A DNA stretch of 64,000 nucleotides from the human T2T-CHM13v2.0 reference genome, Homo sapiens. The stretch lies in the NCBI RefSeq assembly GCF_009914755.1, contig NC_060928.1. The stretch is one strand, 5' to 3'. Made by a program: the position numbers and the translations under genes. Below are positions 1-12,000 of this stretch, in pieces. Positions within the stretch are counted from its first letter, which is position 1, and the number at the start of each line of letters is the position of its first letter. Under the pieces are notes generated by a model that ran no database searches, had not been told where the DNA came from, and worked only from the letters and a program-made list of their open reading frames with translations.

Positions 1-147
1 CCCATAAAAACTAGACAGAAGCATTCTCAGAAACTTGTTTGTGATGTGTGTATTCAACTAACAGAGTTGAACTTTTGTTTTTACAGAGCCGTTTTAAAAC
101 ACTCTTTTTGTGGAATCAGAAAGTGGATATTCGGATGGCTCTGAGGA

Positions 148-164
148 TTTCGTTGGAAGCGGGA
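148..164 (+). other. CENP-B box, intact (m1); repeated in every unit
   Basis: TTTCGTTGGAAGCGGGA matches NTTCGNNNNANNCGGGN. Confidence 0.95.
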
Positions 165-485
165 TTACATATAAAATCTAGAGAGAAGCATTCTCAGGAA
201 CTTCTTTGTGATGTTTGCATTGAAGTCACAGAATTGAACATTCACTTTGATAGAGCAGGTTTGAAACACTCATTCTGTAGTATCTGGAAGTGGACATTTC
301 AAGCGCTTTCAGGCCTATGGTGAGAAAGGAAATATCTTCGAATAAAAACTAGACAGAAGCATCCTCAGAAACTTATTTGTGATGTGTGTCCTCAACTAAC
401 AGAGTTGAAACTTTGTTTTGATACAGCATTTTGGAAACACTCTTTTTGTAGAATCTGCAGGTGGATATTTGGATAGCTTAGAGGG

Positions 486-502
486 ATTCGTTGGAAAGGG
501 GA
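486..502 (+). other. Degenerate CENP-B box (m3)
   Basis: ATTCGTTGGAAAGGGGA: the second CpG is lost (CGGG to GGGG). Confidence 0.9.
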
Positions 503-655
503 TATCTTCATATAAAATCTAGACAGAAGCATTCTCAGAAACTTATTTGTGATGTGTGTCCTCAACTAACAGAGTTGAACCTTGGTTTTGATACAGCATT
601 TTGGAAACGCTCCTTTTGTAGAATCTGCAGGTGGATATGTGGATAGCTCTGAAGA

Positions 656-672
656 TTTCGTTGGAAACGGGA
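656..672 (+). other. CENP-B box, intact (m4)
   Basis: TTTCGTTGGAAACGGGA. Confidence 0.95.
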
Positions 673-996
673 ATTTCTTCATATAAAATCAAACAGAAGC
701 ATTCTCAGAAACTTCTCAGTGATGTTTGCATTCAGCTCATGGAGTTGAACACTTCCTTTCATAGAGCCGGTTTGAAACACTCTTTCTGCACTACCTGGAA
801 GAGGACATTTCGAGCGCTTTGAGTCCTATGGTGAAAAAGGAAATATCTTCTCATAAAAACCAGAAAGAAGCATTCTCAGAAACTTCTTTGTGTTGTGTGT
901 ACTCATGTAACAGTGTTGAACCATCCTTTTGACAGAGCAGTTTTGAAACACTCTTTTTGTAGAATCTGCAAGTGGATATTTGGATAGCTTTGAGGA

Positions 997-1013
997 TTTC
1001 GTTGGAAACGGGA
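997..1013 (+). other. CENP-B box, intact (m6)
   Basis: TTTCGTTGGAAACGGGA. Confidence 0.95.
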
Positions 1014-1334
1014 TGACATATAATATCTAGAGAGAAGCATTCTCAGGAACTTCTTTGTGATGTTTGCATTCAAGTCACAGAATTGAACATTCCCTTTCAT
1101 AGAGCAGGTTTGAAACACTCTTTCTCTAGTATCTGGAAGTGGGCATTTCAAGCGCTTTCAGGCCTATGGAGAGAAAGGAAATACCTTCAAATAAAAACTA
1201 GACAGAAGCATTCTCAGAAACTTATTTGTGATGTGTGTCCTCAACTAACAGAGTTGAACCTTTGTTTTGATACAGCATTTTGGAAACACTCCTTTTGTAG
1301 AATCTGCAGGTGGATATTTGGATAACTTTGAAGA

Positions 1335-1351
1335 TTTCGTTGGAAACCGGA
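1335..1351 (+). other. Degenerate CENP-B box (m8)
   Basis: TTTCGTTGGAAACCGGA (CGGG to CCGG). Confidence 0.9.
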
Positions 1352-1677
1352 ATATCTTCATATAAAATCAAGACAGAAGCATTCTCGGAAACATCTCTGT
1401 GATGTTTGCATTCAACTCAGTAGAGTTGAACACTTCCTTTCATAGAGCCGGTTTGAAACACTCTTTCTGCACTACCTGGAAGCGGACATTTCGAGCGCTT
1501 TGAGGCCTATGGTGAAAAAGGAAATATCTTCTCATAAAAACCAGAAAGAAGCATTCTCAGAAACTTCTTTGTGTTGTGTGTACTCAAGTAACAGTGTTGA
1601 ACCTTCCTTTTGACACAGCAGTTTTGAAACACTCTTTTGGTAGAATCTGCAAGTGGATATTTGGATAGCTTTGAGGA

Positions 1678-1694
1678 TTTCGTTGGAAACGGGT
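1678..1694 (+). other. CENP-B box, core intact (m10)
   Basis: TTTCGTTGGAAACGGGT; all 9 essential bases are present. Confidence 0.9.
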
Positions 1695-1847
1695 TATCTT
1701 CATATAAAATCCAGACAGGAGCATTCTCAGAAACTTCTTTGTGCTGCATGTCCTCAATTCACAGAGCTGAACCTTTGTTTGGATACAGCATTTTGGAAAC
1801 ATTCCTTTAGTAGAATCTGCAAGTTGATATTTAGATAGCTTTGAAGA

Positions 1848-1864
1848 TTTCGTTGGAAACGGGA
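1848..1864 (+). other. CENP-B box, intact (m11)
   Basis: TTTCGTTGGAAACGGGA. Confidence 0.95.
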
Positions 1865-2187
1865 ATATCTTCATAGAAAATCTAGACGGAAGCATTCTCA
1901 GAAACTGCTTTGTGATGTTTGCATTCAAGTCACAGAGTTGAATATTCCCTTTTATAGAGTAGGTTTGAAACACTCTTTCGGCACTACCTGGAAGTGGATA
2001 TTTCGAGCTCTTTGAGGCCTATGGTTAAAAGGAAATATCTTCCCATAAAAACTAGACAGAAGCCGTCTCAGAAACTTGTTTGTGATGTGTGTATTCAACT
2101 AACAGAGTTGAACATTTCTGTTACAGAGCAATTTTAAAACACTCTTTTTGTGGAATCTGAAAGTGGATAATTGGATAGCTTTGTGGA

Positions 2188-2204
2188 TTTCGTTGGAAAC
2201 GGGA
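2188..2204 (+). other. CENP-B box, intact (m13)
   Basis: TTTCGTTGGAAACGGGA. Confidence 0.95.
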
Positions 2205-2525
2205 TGACGTATAAAATCTAGAGAGAAGCATTCTCAGGAACATCTTTCTGATGTTTGCATTCAAGTCACAGAATTGAACATTCCTTTTCATAGTGCAGGT
2301 TTGAAACACTCTTTCTGTAGTATCTGGAAGTGGACATTTCAAGCGCTTTCAGGCCTACGGGGAGAAAGGAAATATCTTCAAATAAAAACTAGACAGAAGG
2401 ATTCTCAGAAACTTATTTGTGATGTGTGTCCTAAACGAACACAGTTGAACCTTTGTTTTGATACAGCATTTTGGAAACACTCCTTTTGTAGGATCTGCAG
2501 GTGGATATTTGGATAGATTTTAAGA

Positions 2526-2542
2526 TTTCGTTGGAAACGGGA
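2526..2542 (+). other. CENP-B box, intact (m15)
   Basis: TTTCGTTGGAAACGGGA. Confidence 0.95.
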
Positions 2543-2867
2543 GTTTCTTCATAGAAACTCAAGACAGATGCATTCTCAGAAACATCTCTGTGATGTTTGC
2601 ATTCCACTCATAGAGTTGAAAACTTCCTTTCATAGAGCAGGTTTGAAACACTCTTTTTGTAATATTTGGAAGTGGACATTTGCAGCGCTTTGAGGCCTAT
2701 GGTGAAAAAGGAAATATCTTCTCATAAAAACCAGAAACAAGCATTCTCAGAAACTTCTTTTTGATGTGTGTACTCAAGTAACAGAGTTGAACCTTCCTTT
2801 TGACACAGCAGTTTTGAAACAATCTTTTTGTAGAATCTGCAAGTGGATATTTGGATAGCTTTGAGGA

Positions 2868-2884
2868 TTTCGTTGGAAACGGGA
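2868..2884 (+). other. CENP-B box, intact (m17)
   Basis: TTTCGTTGGAAACGGGA. Confidence 0.95.
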
Positions 2885-3037
2885 TATCTTCATATAAAAT
2901 CTAGACAGAAGCATTCTCAGAAACTTCTTTGTGCTGTATGTCCTCAATTAACAGAGTTGAACCATTGCTTGGATACAGCATTTTTGAAACATTCCTTGAG
3001 TAGAATCTGCAAGTTGATATTTAGATAGATTTGAAGA

Positions 3038-3054
3038 TTTCGTTGGAAAAGGGA
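3038..3054 (+). other. Degenerate CENP-B box (m18)
   Basis: TTTCGTTGGAAAAGGGA (CGGG to AGGG). Confidence 0.9.
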
Positions 3055-6000
3055 ATATCTCCATATAAAATCTAGAGGGAAGCATTCTCAGAAACTGCTT
3101 TGTGATGTTTCCATTCAAGTCACAGAGTTGAATATTCCCTTTTATAGAGCACGTTTGAAACACTCTTTCTGCACTATCTGGAAGTGGACATTTCGAGCGC
3201 TTTGAGGCCTATGGTGAAAAAGGAAATATCTTCCCATAAAAACTAGACAGAAGCATTCTCAGAAACTTGTTTGTGATGTGTGTATTCAACTAACAGAGTT
3301 GAACTTTTGTTTTTACAGAGCCGTTTTAAAACACTCTTTTTGTGGAATCAGAAAGTGGATATTCGGATGGCTCTGAGGATTTCGTTGGAAGCGGGATTAC
3401 GTATAAAATCTAGAGAGAAGCATTCTCAGGAACTTCTTTGTGATGTTTGCATTGAAGTCACAGAATTGAACATTCACTTTGATAGAGCAGGTTTGAAACA
3501 CTCATTCTGTAGTATCTGGAAGTGGACATTTCAAGCGCTTTCAGGCCTATGGTGAGAAAGGAAATATCTTCGAATAAAAACTAGACAGAAGCATCCTCAG
3601 AAACTTATTTGTGATGTGTGTCCTCAACTAACAGAGTTGAAACTTTGTTTTGATACAGCATTTTGGAAACACTCTTTTTGTAGAATCTGCAGGTGGATAT
3701 TTGGATAGCTTAGAGGGATTCGTTGGAAAGGGGATATCTTCATATAAAATCTAGACAGAAGCATTCTCAGAAACTTATTTGTGATGTGTGTCCTCAACTA
3801 ACAGAGTTGAACCTTGGTTTTGATACAGCATTTTGGAAACGCTCCTTTTGTAGAATCTGCAGGTGGATATGTGGATAGCTCTGAAGATTTCGTTGGAAAC
3901 GGGAATTTCTTCATATAAAATCAAACAGAAGCATTCTCAGAAACTTCTCAGTGATGTTTGCATTCAGCTCATGGAGTTGAACACTTCCTTTCATAGAGCC
4001 GGTTTGAAACACTCTTTCTGCACTACCTGGAAGAGGACATTTCGAGCGCTTTGAGTCCTATGGTGAAAAAGGAAATATCTTCTCATAAAAACCAGAAAGA
4101 AGCATTCTCAGAAACTTCTTTGTGTTGTGTGTACTCATGTAACAGTGTTGAACCATCCTTTTGACAGAGCAGTTTTGAAACACTCTTTTTGTAGAATCTG
4201 CAAGTGGATATTTGGATAGCTTTGAGGATTTCGTTGGAAACGGGATGACATATAATATCTAGAGAGAAGCATTCTCAGGAACTTCTTTGTGATGTTTGCA
4301 TTCAAGTCACAGAATTGAACATTCCCTTTCATAGAGCAGGTTTGAAACACTCTTTCTCTAGTATCTGGAAGTGGGCATTTCAAGCGCTTTCAGGCCTATG
4401 GAGAGAAAGGAAATACCTTCAAATAAAAACGAGACAGAAGCATTCTCAGAAACTTATTTGTGATGTGTGTCCTCAACTAACAGAGTTGAACCTTTGTTTT
4501 GATACAGCATTTTGGAAACACTCCTTTTGTAGAATCTGCAGGTGGATATTTGGATAACTTTGAAGATTTCGTTGGAAACCGGAATATCTTCATATAAAAT
4601 CAAGACAGAAGCATTCTCGGAAACATCTCTGTGATGTTTGCATTCAACTCAGTAGAGTTGAACACTTCCTTTCATAGAGCCGGTTTGAAACACTCTTTCT
4701 GCACTACCTGGAAGCGGACATTTCGAGCGCTTTGAGGCCTATGGTGAAAAAGGAAATATCTTCTCATAAAAACCAGAAAGAAGCATTCTCAGAAACTTCT
4801 TTGTGTTGTGTGTACTCAAGTAACAGTGTTGAACCTTCCTTTTGACACAGCAGTTTTGAAACACTCTTTTGGTAGAATCTGCAAGTGGATATTTGGATAG
4901 CTTTGAGGATTTCGTTGGAAACGGGTTATCTTCATATAAAATCCAGACAGGAGCATTCTCAGAAACTTCTTTGTGCTGCATGTCCTCAATTCACAGAGCT
5001 GAACCTTTGTTTGGATACAGCATTTTGGAAACATTCCTTTAGTAGAATCTGCAAGTTGATATTTAGATAGCTTTGAAGATTTCGTTGGAAACGGGAATAT
5101 CTTCATAGAAAATCTAGACGGAAGCATTCTCAGAAACTGCTTTGTGATGTTTGCATTCAAGTCACAGAGTTGAATATTCCCTTTTATAGAGTAGGTTTGA
5201 AACACTCTTTCGGCACTACCTGGAAGTGGATATTTCGAGCTCTTTGAGGCCTATGGTTAAAAGGAAATATCTTCCCATAAAAACTAGACAGAAGCCGTCT
5301 CAGAAACTTGTTTGTGATGTGTGTATTCAACTAACAGAGTTGAACATTTCTGTTACAGAGCAATTTTAAAACACTCTTTTTGTGGAATCTGAAAGTGGAT
5401 AATTGGATAGCTTTGTGGATTTCGTTGGAAACGGGATGACGTATAAAATCTAGAGAGAAGCATTCTCAGGAACTTCTTTGTGATGTTTGCATTCAAGTCA
5501 CAGAATTGAACATTCCTTTTCATAGTGCAGGTTTGAAACACTCTTTCTGTAGTATCTGGAAGTGGACATTTCAAGCGCTTTCAGGCCTACGGGGAGAAAG
5601 GAAATATCTTCAAATAAAAACTAGACAGAAGGATTCTCAGAAACTTATTTGTGATGTGTGTCCTAAACGAACACAGTTGAACCTTTGTTTAGATACAGCA
5701 TTTTGGAAACACTCCTTTTGTAGGATCTGCAGGTGGATATTTGGATAGATTTTAAGATTTCGTTGGAAACGGGAGTTTCTTCATAGAAACTCAAGACAGA
5801 TGCATTCTCAGAAACATCTCTGTGATGTTTGCATTCCACTCATAGAGTTGAAAACTTCCTTTCATAGAGCAGGTTTGAAACACTCTTTTTGTAATATTTG
5901 GAAGTGGACATTTGCAGCGCTTTGAGGCCTATGGTGAAAAAGGAAATATCTTCTCATAAAAACCAGAAACAAGCATTCTCAGAAACTTCTTTTTGATGTG

Positions 6001-9000
6001 TGTACTCAAGTAACAGAGTTGAACCTTCCTTTTGACACAGCAGTTTTGAAACAATCTTTTTGTAGAATCTGCAAGTGGATATTTGGATAGCTTTGAGGAT
6101 TTCGTTGGAAACGGGATATCTTCATATAAAATCTAGACAGAAGCATTCTCAGAAACTTCTTTGTGCTGTATGTCCTCAATTAACAGAGTTGAACCATTGC
6201 TTGGATACAGCATTTTGGAAACATTCCTTGAGTAGAATCTGCAAGTTGATATTTAGATAGATTTGAAGATTTCGTTGGAAAAGGGAATATCTCCATATAA
6301 AATCTAGAGGGAAGCATTCTCAGAAACTGCTTTGTGATGTTTCCATTCAAGTCACAGAGTTGAATATTCCCTTTTATAGAGCACGTTTGAAACACTCTTT
6401 CTGCACTATCTGGAAGTGGACATTTCGAGCGCTTTGAGGCCTATGGTGAAAAAGGAAATATCTTCCCATAAAAACTAGACAGAAGCATTCTCAGAAACTT
6501 GTTTGTGATGTGTGTATTCAACTAACAGAGTTGAACTTTTGTTTTTACAGAGCCGTTTTAAAACACTCTTTTTGTGGAATCAGAAAGTGGATATTCGGAT
6601 GGCTCTGAGGATTTCGTTGGAAGCGGGATTACGTATAAAATCTAGAGAGAAGCATTCTCAGGAACTTCTTTGTGATGTTTGCATTGAAGTCACAGAATTG
6701 AACATTCACTTTGATAGAGCAGGTTTGAAACACTCATTCTGTAGTATCTGGAAGTGGACATTTCAAGCGCTTTCAGGCCTATGGTGGGAAAGGAAATATC
6801 TTCGAATAAAAACTAGACAGAAGCATCCTCAGAAACTTATTTGTGATGTGTGTCCTCAACTAACAGAGTTGAAACTTTGTTTTGATACAGCATTTTGGAA
6901 ACACTCTTTTTGTAGAATCTGCAGGTGGATATTTGGATAGCTTAGAGGGATTCGTTGGAAAGGGGATATCTTCATATAAAATCTAGACAGAAGCATTCTC
7001 AGAAACTTATTTGTGATGTGTGTCCTCAACTAACAGAGTTGAACCTTGGTTTTCATACAGCATTTTGGAAACGCTCCTTTTGTAGAATCTGCAGGTGGAT
7101 ATGTGGATAGCTCTGAAGATTTCGTTGGAAACGGGAATTTCTTCATATAAAATCAAACAGAAGCATTCTCAGAAACTTCTCAGTGATGTTTGCATTCAGC
7201 TCATGGAGTTGAACACTTCCTTTCATAGAGCCGGTTTGAAACACTCTTTCTGCACTACCTGGAAGAGGACATTTCGAGCGCTTTGAGTCCTATGGTGAAA
7301 AAGGAAATATCTTCCCATAAAAACCAGAAAGAAGCATTCTCAGAAACTTCTTTGTGTTGTGTGTACTCATGTAACAGTGTTGAACCATCCTTTTGACAGA
7401 GCAGTTTTGAAACACTCTTTTTGTAGAATCTGCAAGTGGATATTTGGATAGCTTTGAGGATTTCGTTGGAAACGGGATGACATATAATATCTAGAGAGAA
7501 GCATTCTCAGGAACTTCTTTGTGATGTTTGCATTCAAGTCACAGAATTGAACATTCCCTTTCATAGAGCAGGTTTGAAACACTCTTTCTCTAGTATCTGG
7601 AAGTGGGCATTTCAAGCGCTTTCAGGCCTATGGAGAGAAAGGAAATACCTTCAAATAAAAACTAGACAGAAGCATTCTCAGAAACTTATTTGTGATGTGT
7701 GTCCTCAACTAACAGAGTTGAACCTTTGTTTTGATACAGCATTTTGGAAACACTCCTTTTGTAGAATCTGCAGGTGGATATTTGGATAACTTTGAAGATT
7801 TCGTTGGAAACCGGAATATCTTCATATAAAATCAAGACAGAAGCATTCTCGGAAACATCTCTGTGATGTTTGCATTCAACTCAGTAGAGTTGAACACTTC
7901 CTTTCATAGAGCCGGTTTGAAACACTCTTTCTGCACTACCTGGAAGCGGACATTTCGAGCGCTTTGAGGCCTATGGTGAAAAAGGAAATATCTTCTCATA
8001 AAAACCAGAAAGAAGCATTCTCAGAAACTTCTTTGTGTTGTGTGTACTCAAGTAACAGTGTTGAACCTTCCTTTTGACACAGCAGTTTTGAAACACTCTT
8101 TTGGTAGAATCTGCAAGTGGATATTTGGATAGCTTTGAGGATTTCGTTGGAAACGGGTTATCTTCATATAAAATCCAGACAGGAGCATTCTCAGAAACTT
8201 CTTTGTGCTGCATGTCCTCAATTCACAGAGCTGAACCTTTGTTTGGATACAGCATTTTGGAAACATTCCTTTAGTAGAATCTGCAAGTTGATATTTAGAT
8301 AGCTTTGAAGATTTCGTTGGAAACGGGAATATCTTCATAGAAAATCTAGACGGAAGCATTCTCAGAAACTGCTTTGTGATGTTTGCATTCAAGTCACAGA
8401 GTTGAATATTCCCTTTTATAGAGTAGGTTTGAAACACTCTTTCGGCACTACCTGGAAGTGGATATTTCGAGCTCTTTGAGGCCTATGGTTAAAAGGAAAT
8501 ATCTTCCCATAAAAACTAGACAGAAGCCGTCTCAGAAACTTGTTTGTGATGTGTGTATTCAACTAACAGAGTTGAACATTTCTGTTACAGAGCAATTTTA
8601 AAACACTCTTTTTGTGGAATCTGAAAGTGGATAATTGGATAGCTTTGTGGATTTCGTTGGAAACGGGATGACGTATAAAATCTAGAGAGAAGCATTCTCA
8701 GGAACTTCTTTGTGATGTTTGCATTCAAGTCACAGAATTGAACATTCCTTTTCATAGTGCAGGTTTGAAACACTCTTTCTGTAGTATCTGGAAGTGGACA
8801 TTTCAAGCGCTTTCAGGCCTACGGGGAGAAAGGAAATATCTTCAAATAAAAACTAGACAGAAGGATTCTCAGAAACTTATTTGTGATGTGTGTCCTAAAC
8901 GAACACAGTTGAACCTTTGTTTTGATACAGCATTTTGGAAACACTCCTTTTGTAGGATCTGCAGGTGGATATTTGGATAGATTTTAAGATTTCGTTGGAA

Positions 9001-12000
9001 ACGGGAGTTTCTTCATAGAAACTCAAGACAGATGCATTCTCAGAAACATCTCTGTGATGTTTGCATTCCACTCATAGAGTTGAAAACTTCCTTTCATAGA
9101 GCAGGTTTGAAACACTCTTTTTGTAATATTTGGAAGTGGACATTTGCAGCGCTTTGAGGCCTATGGTGAAAAAGGAAATATCTTCTCATAAAAACCAGAA
9201 ACAAGCATTCTCAGAAACTTCTTTTTGATGTGTGTACTCAAGTAACAGAGTTGAACCTTCCTTTTGACACAGCAGTTTTGAAACAATCTTTTTGTAGAAT
9301 CTGCAAGTGGATATTTGGATAGCTTTGAGGATTTCGTTGGAAACGGGATATCTTCATATAAAATCTAGACAGAAGCATTCTCAGAAACTTCTTTGTGCTG
9401 TATGTCCTCAATTAACAGAGTTGAACCATTGCTTGGATACAGCATTTTGGAAACATTCCTTGAGTAGAATCTGCAAGTTGATATTTAGATAGATTTGAAG
9501 ATTTCGTTGGAAAAGGGAATATCTCCATATAAAATCTAGAGGGAAGCATTCTCAGAAACTGCTTTGTGATGTTTCCATTCAAGTCACAGAGTTGAATATT
9601 CCCTTTTATAGAGCACGTTTGAAACACTCTTTCTGCACTATCTGGAAGTGGACATTTCGAGCGCTTTGAGGCCTATGGTGAAAAAGGAAATATCTTCCCA
9701 TAAAAACTAGACAGAAGCATTCTCAGAAACTTGTTTGTGATGTGTGTATTCAACTAACAGAGTTGAACTTTTGTTTTTACAGAGCCGTTTTAAAACACTC
9801 TTTTTGTGGAATCAGAAAGTGGATATTCGGATGGCTCTGAGGATTTCGTTGGAAGCGGGATTACATATAAAATCTAGAGAGAAGCATTCTCAGGAACTTC
9901 TTTGTGATGTTTGCATTGAAGTCACAGAATTGAACATTCACTTTGATAGAGCAGGTTTGAAACACTCATTCTGTAGTATCTGGAAGTGGACATTTCAATC
10001 GCTTTCAGGCCTATGGTGAGAAAGGAAATATCTTCGAATAAAAACTAGACAGAAGCATCCTCAGAAACTTATTTGTGATGTGTGTCCTCAACTAACAGAG
10101 TTGAAACTTTGTTTTGATACAGCATTTTGGAAACACTCTTTTTGTAGAATCTGCAGGTGGATATTTGGATAGCTTAGAGAGATTCGTTGGAAAGGGGATA
10201 TCTTCATACAAAATCTAGACAGAAGCATTCTCAGAAACTTATTTGTGATGTGTGTCCTCAACTAACAGAGTTGAACCTTGGTTTTGATACAGCATTTTGG
10301 AAACGCTCCTTTTGTAGAATCTGCAGGTGGATATGTGGATAGCTCTGAAGATTTCGTTGGAAACGGGAATTTCTTCATATAAAATCAAACAGAAGCATTC
10401 TCAGAAACTTCTCAGTGATGTTTGCATTCAGCTCATGGAGTTGAACACTTCCTTTCATAGAGCCGGTTTGAAACACTCTTTCTGCACTACCTGGAAGAGG
10501 ACATTTCGAGCGCTTTGAGTCCTATGGTGAAAAAGGAAATATCTTCTCATAAAAACCAGAAAGAAGCATTCTCAGAAACTTCTTTGTGTTGTGTGTACTC
10601 ATGTAACAGTGTTGAACCATCCTTTTGACAGAGCAGTTTTGAAACACTCTTTTTGTAGAATCTGCAAGTGGATATTTGGATAGCTTTGAGGATTTCGTTG
10701 GAAACGGGATGACATATAATATCTAGAGAGAAGCATTCTCAGGAACTTCTTTGTGATGTTTGCATTCAAGTCACAGAATTGAACATTCCCTTTCATAGAG
10801 CAGGTTTGAAACACTCTTTCTCTAGTATCTGGAAGTGGGCATTTCAAGCGCTTTCAGGCCTATGGAGAGAAAGGAAATACCTTCAAATAAAAACTAGACA
10901 GAAGCATTCTCAGAAACTTATTTGTGATGTGTGTCCTCAACTAACAGAGTTGAACCTTTGTTTTGATACAGCATTTTGGAAACACTCCTTTTGTAGAATC
11001 TGCAGGTGGATATTTGGATAACTTTGAAGATTTCGTTGGAAACCGGAATATCTTCATATAAAATCAAGACAGAAGCATTCTCGGAAACATCTCTGTGATG
11101 TTTGCATTCAACTCAGTAGAGTTGAACACTTCCTTTCATAGAGCCGGTTTGAAACACTCTTTCTGCACTACCTGGAAGCGGACATTTCGAGCGCTTTGAG
11201 GCCTATGGTGAAAAAGGAAATATCTTCTCATAAAAACCAGAAAGAAGCATTCTCAGAAACTTCTTTGTGTTGTGTGTACTCAAGTAACAGTGTTGAACCT
11301 TCCTTTTGACACAGCAGTTTTGAAACACTCTTTTGGTAGAATCTGCAAGTGGATATTTGGATAGCTTTGAGGATTTCGTTGGAAACGGGTTATCTTCATA
11401 TAAAATCCAGACAGGAGCATTCTCAGAAACTTCTTTGTGCTGCATGTCCTCAATTCACAGAGCTGAACCTTTGTTTGGATACAGCATTTTGGAAACATTC
11501 CTTTAGTAGAATCTGCAAGTTGATATTTAGATAGCTTTGAAGATTTCGTTGGAAACGGGAATATCTTCATAGAAAATCTAGACGGAAGCATTCTCAGAAA
11601 CTGCTTTGTGATGTTTGCATTCAAGTCACAGAGTTGAATATTCCCTTTTATAGAGTAGGTTTGAAACACTCTTTCGGCACTACCTGGAAGTGGATATTTC
11701 GAGCTCTTTGAGGCCTATGGTTAAAAGGAAATATCTTCCCATAAAAACTAGACAGAAGCCGTCTCAGAAACTTGTTTGTGATGTGTGTATTCAACTAACA
11801 GAGTTGAACATTTCTGTTACAGAGCAATTTTAAAACACTCTTTTTGTGGAATCTGAAAGTGGATAATTGGATAGCTTTGTGGATTTCGTTGGAAACGGGA
11901 TGACGTATAAAATCTAGATTGAAGCATTCTCAGGAACTTCTTTCTGATGTTTGCATTCAAGTCACAGAATTGAACATTCCTTTTCATAGTGCAGGTTTGA

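Larger units (their letters stand above)
22..3253 (+). repeat. Reference 19-mer HOR unit (3232 bp). Monomer starts: 22,189,360,530,700,871,1038,1209,1380,1552,1722,1893,2063,2229,2400,2571,2742,2912,3083. A/B pattern BA-BBA-BA-BA-BBA-BA-BA-BBA
   Basis: Monomer starts were read from CATTCTC-like motifs. The next m1 starts at 3254. Confidence 0.97.

Noticed and set aside
296-318. Short palindromes (AAGCGCTT, AGGCCT, TCTAGA) as terminators or regulatory sites
   Set aside because: They are ordinary 6-8 bp dyads of the alpha-satellite consensus and too short to support a specific call.
6512-6940. Longest ORF (142 aa)
   Set aside because: It is created by one SNP (TGA to TGG at about 6787) that reads through into the next monomer; there is no evidence of coding.
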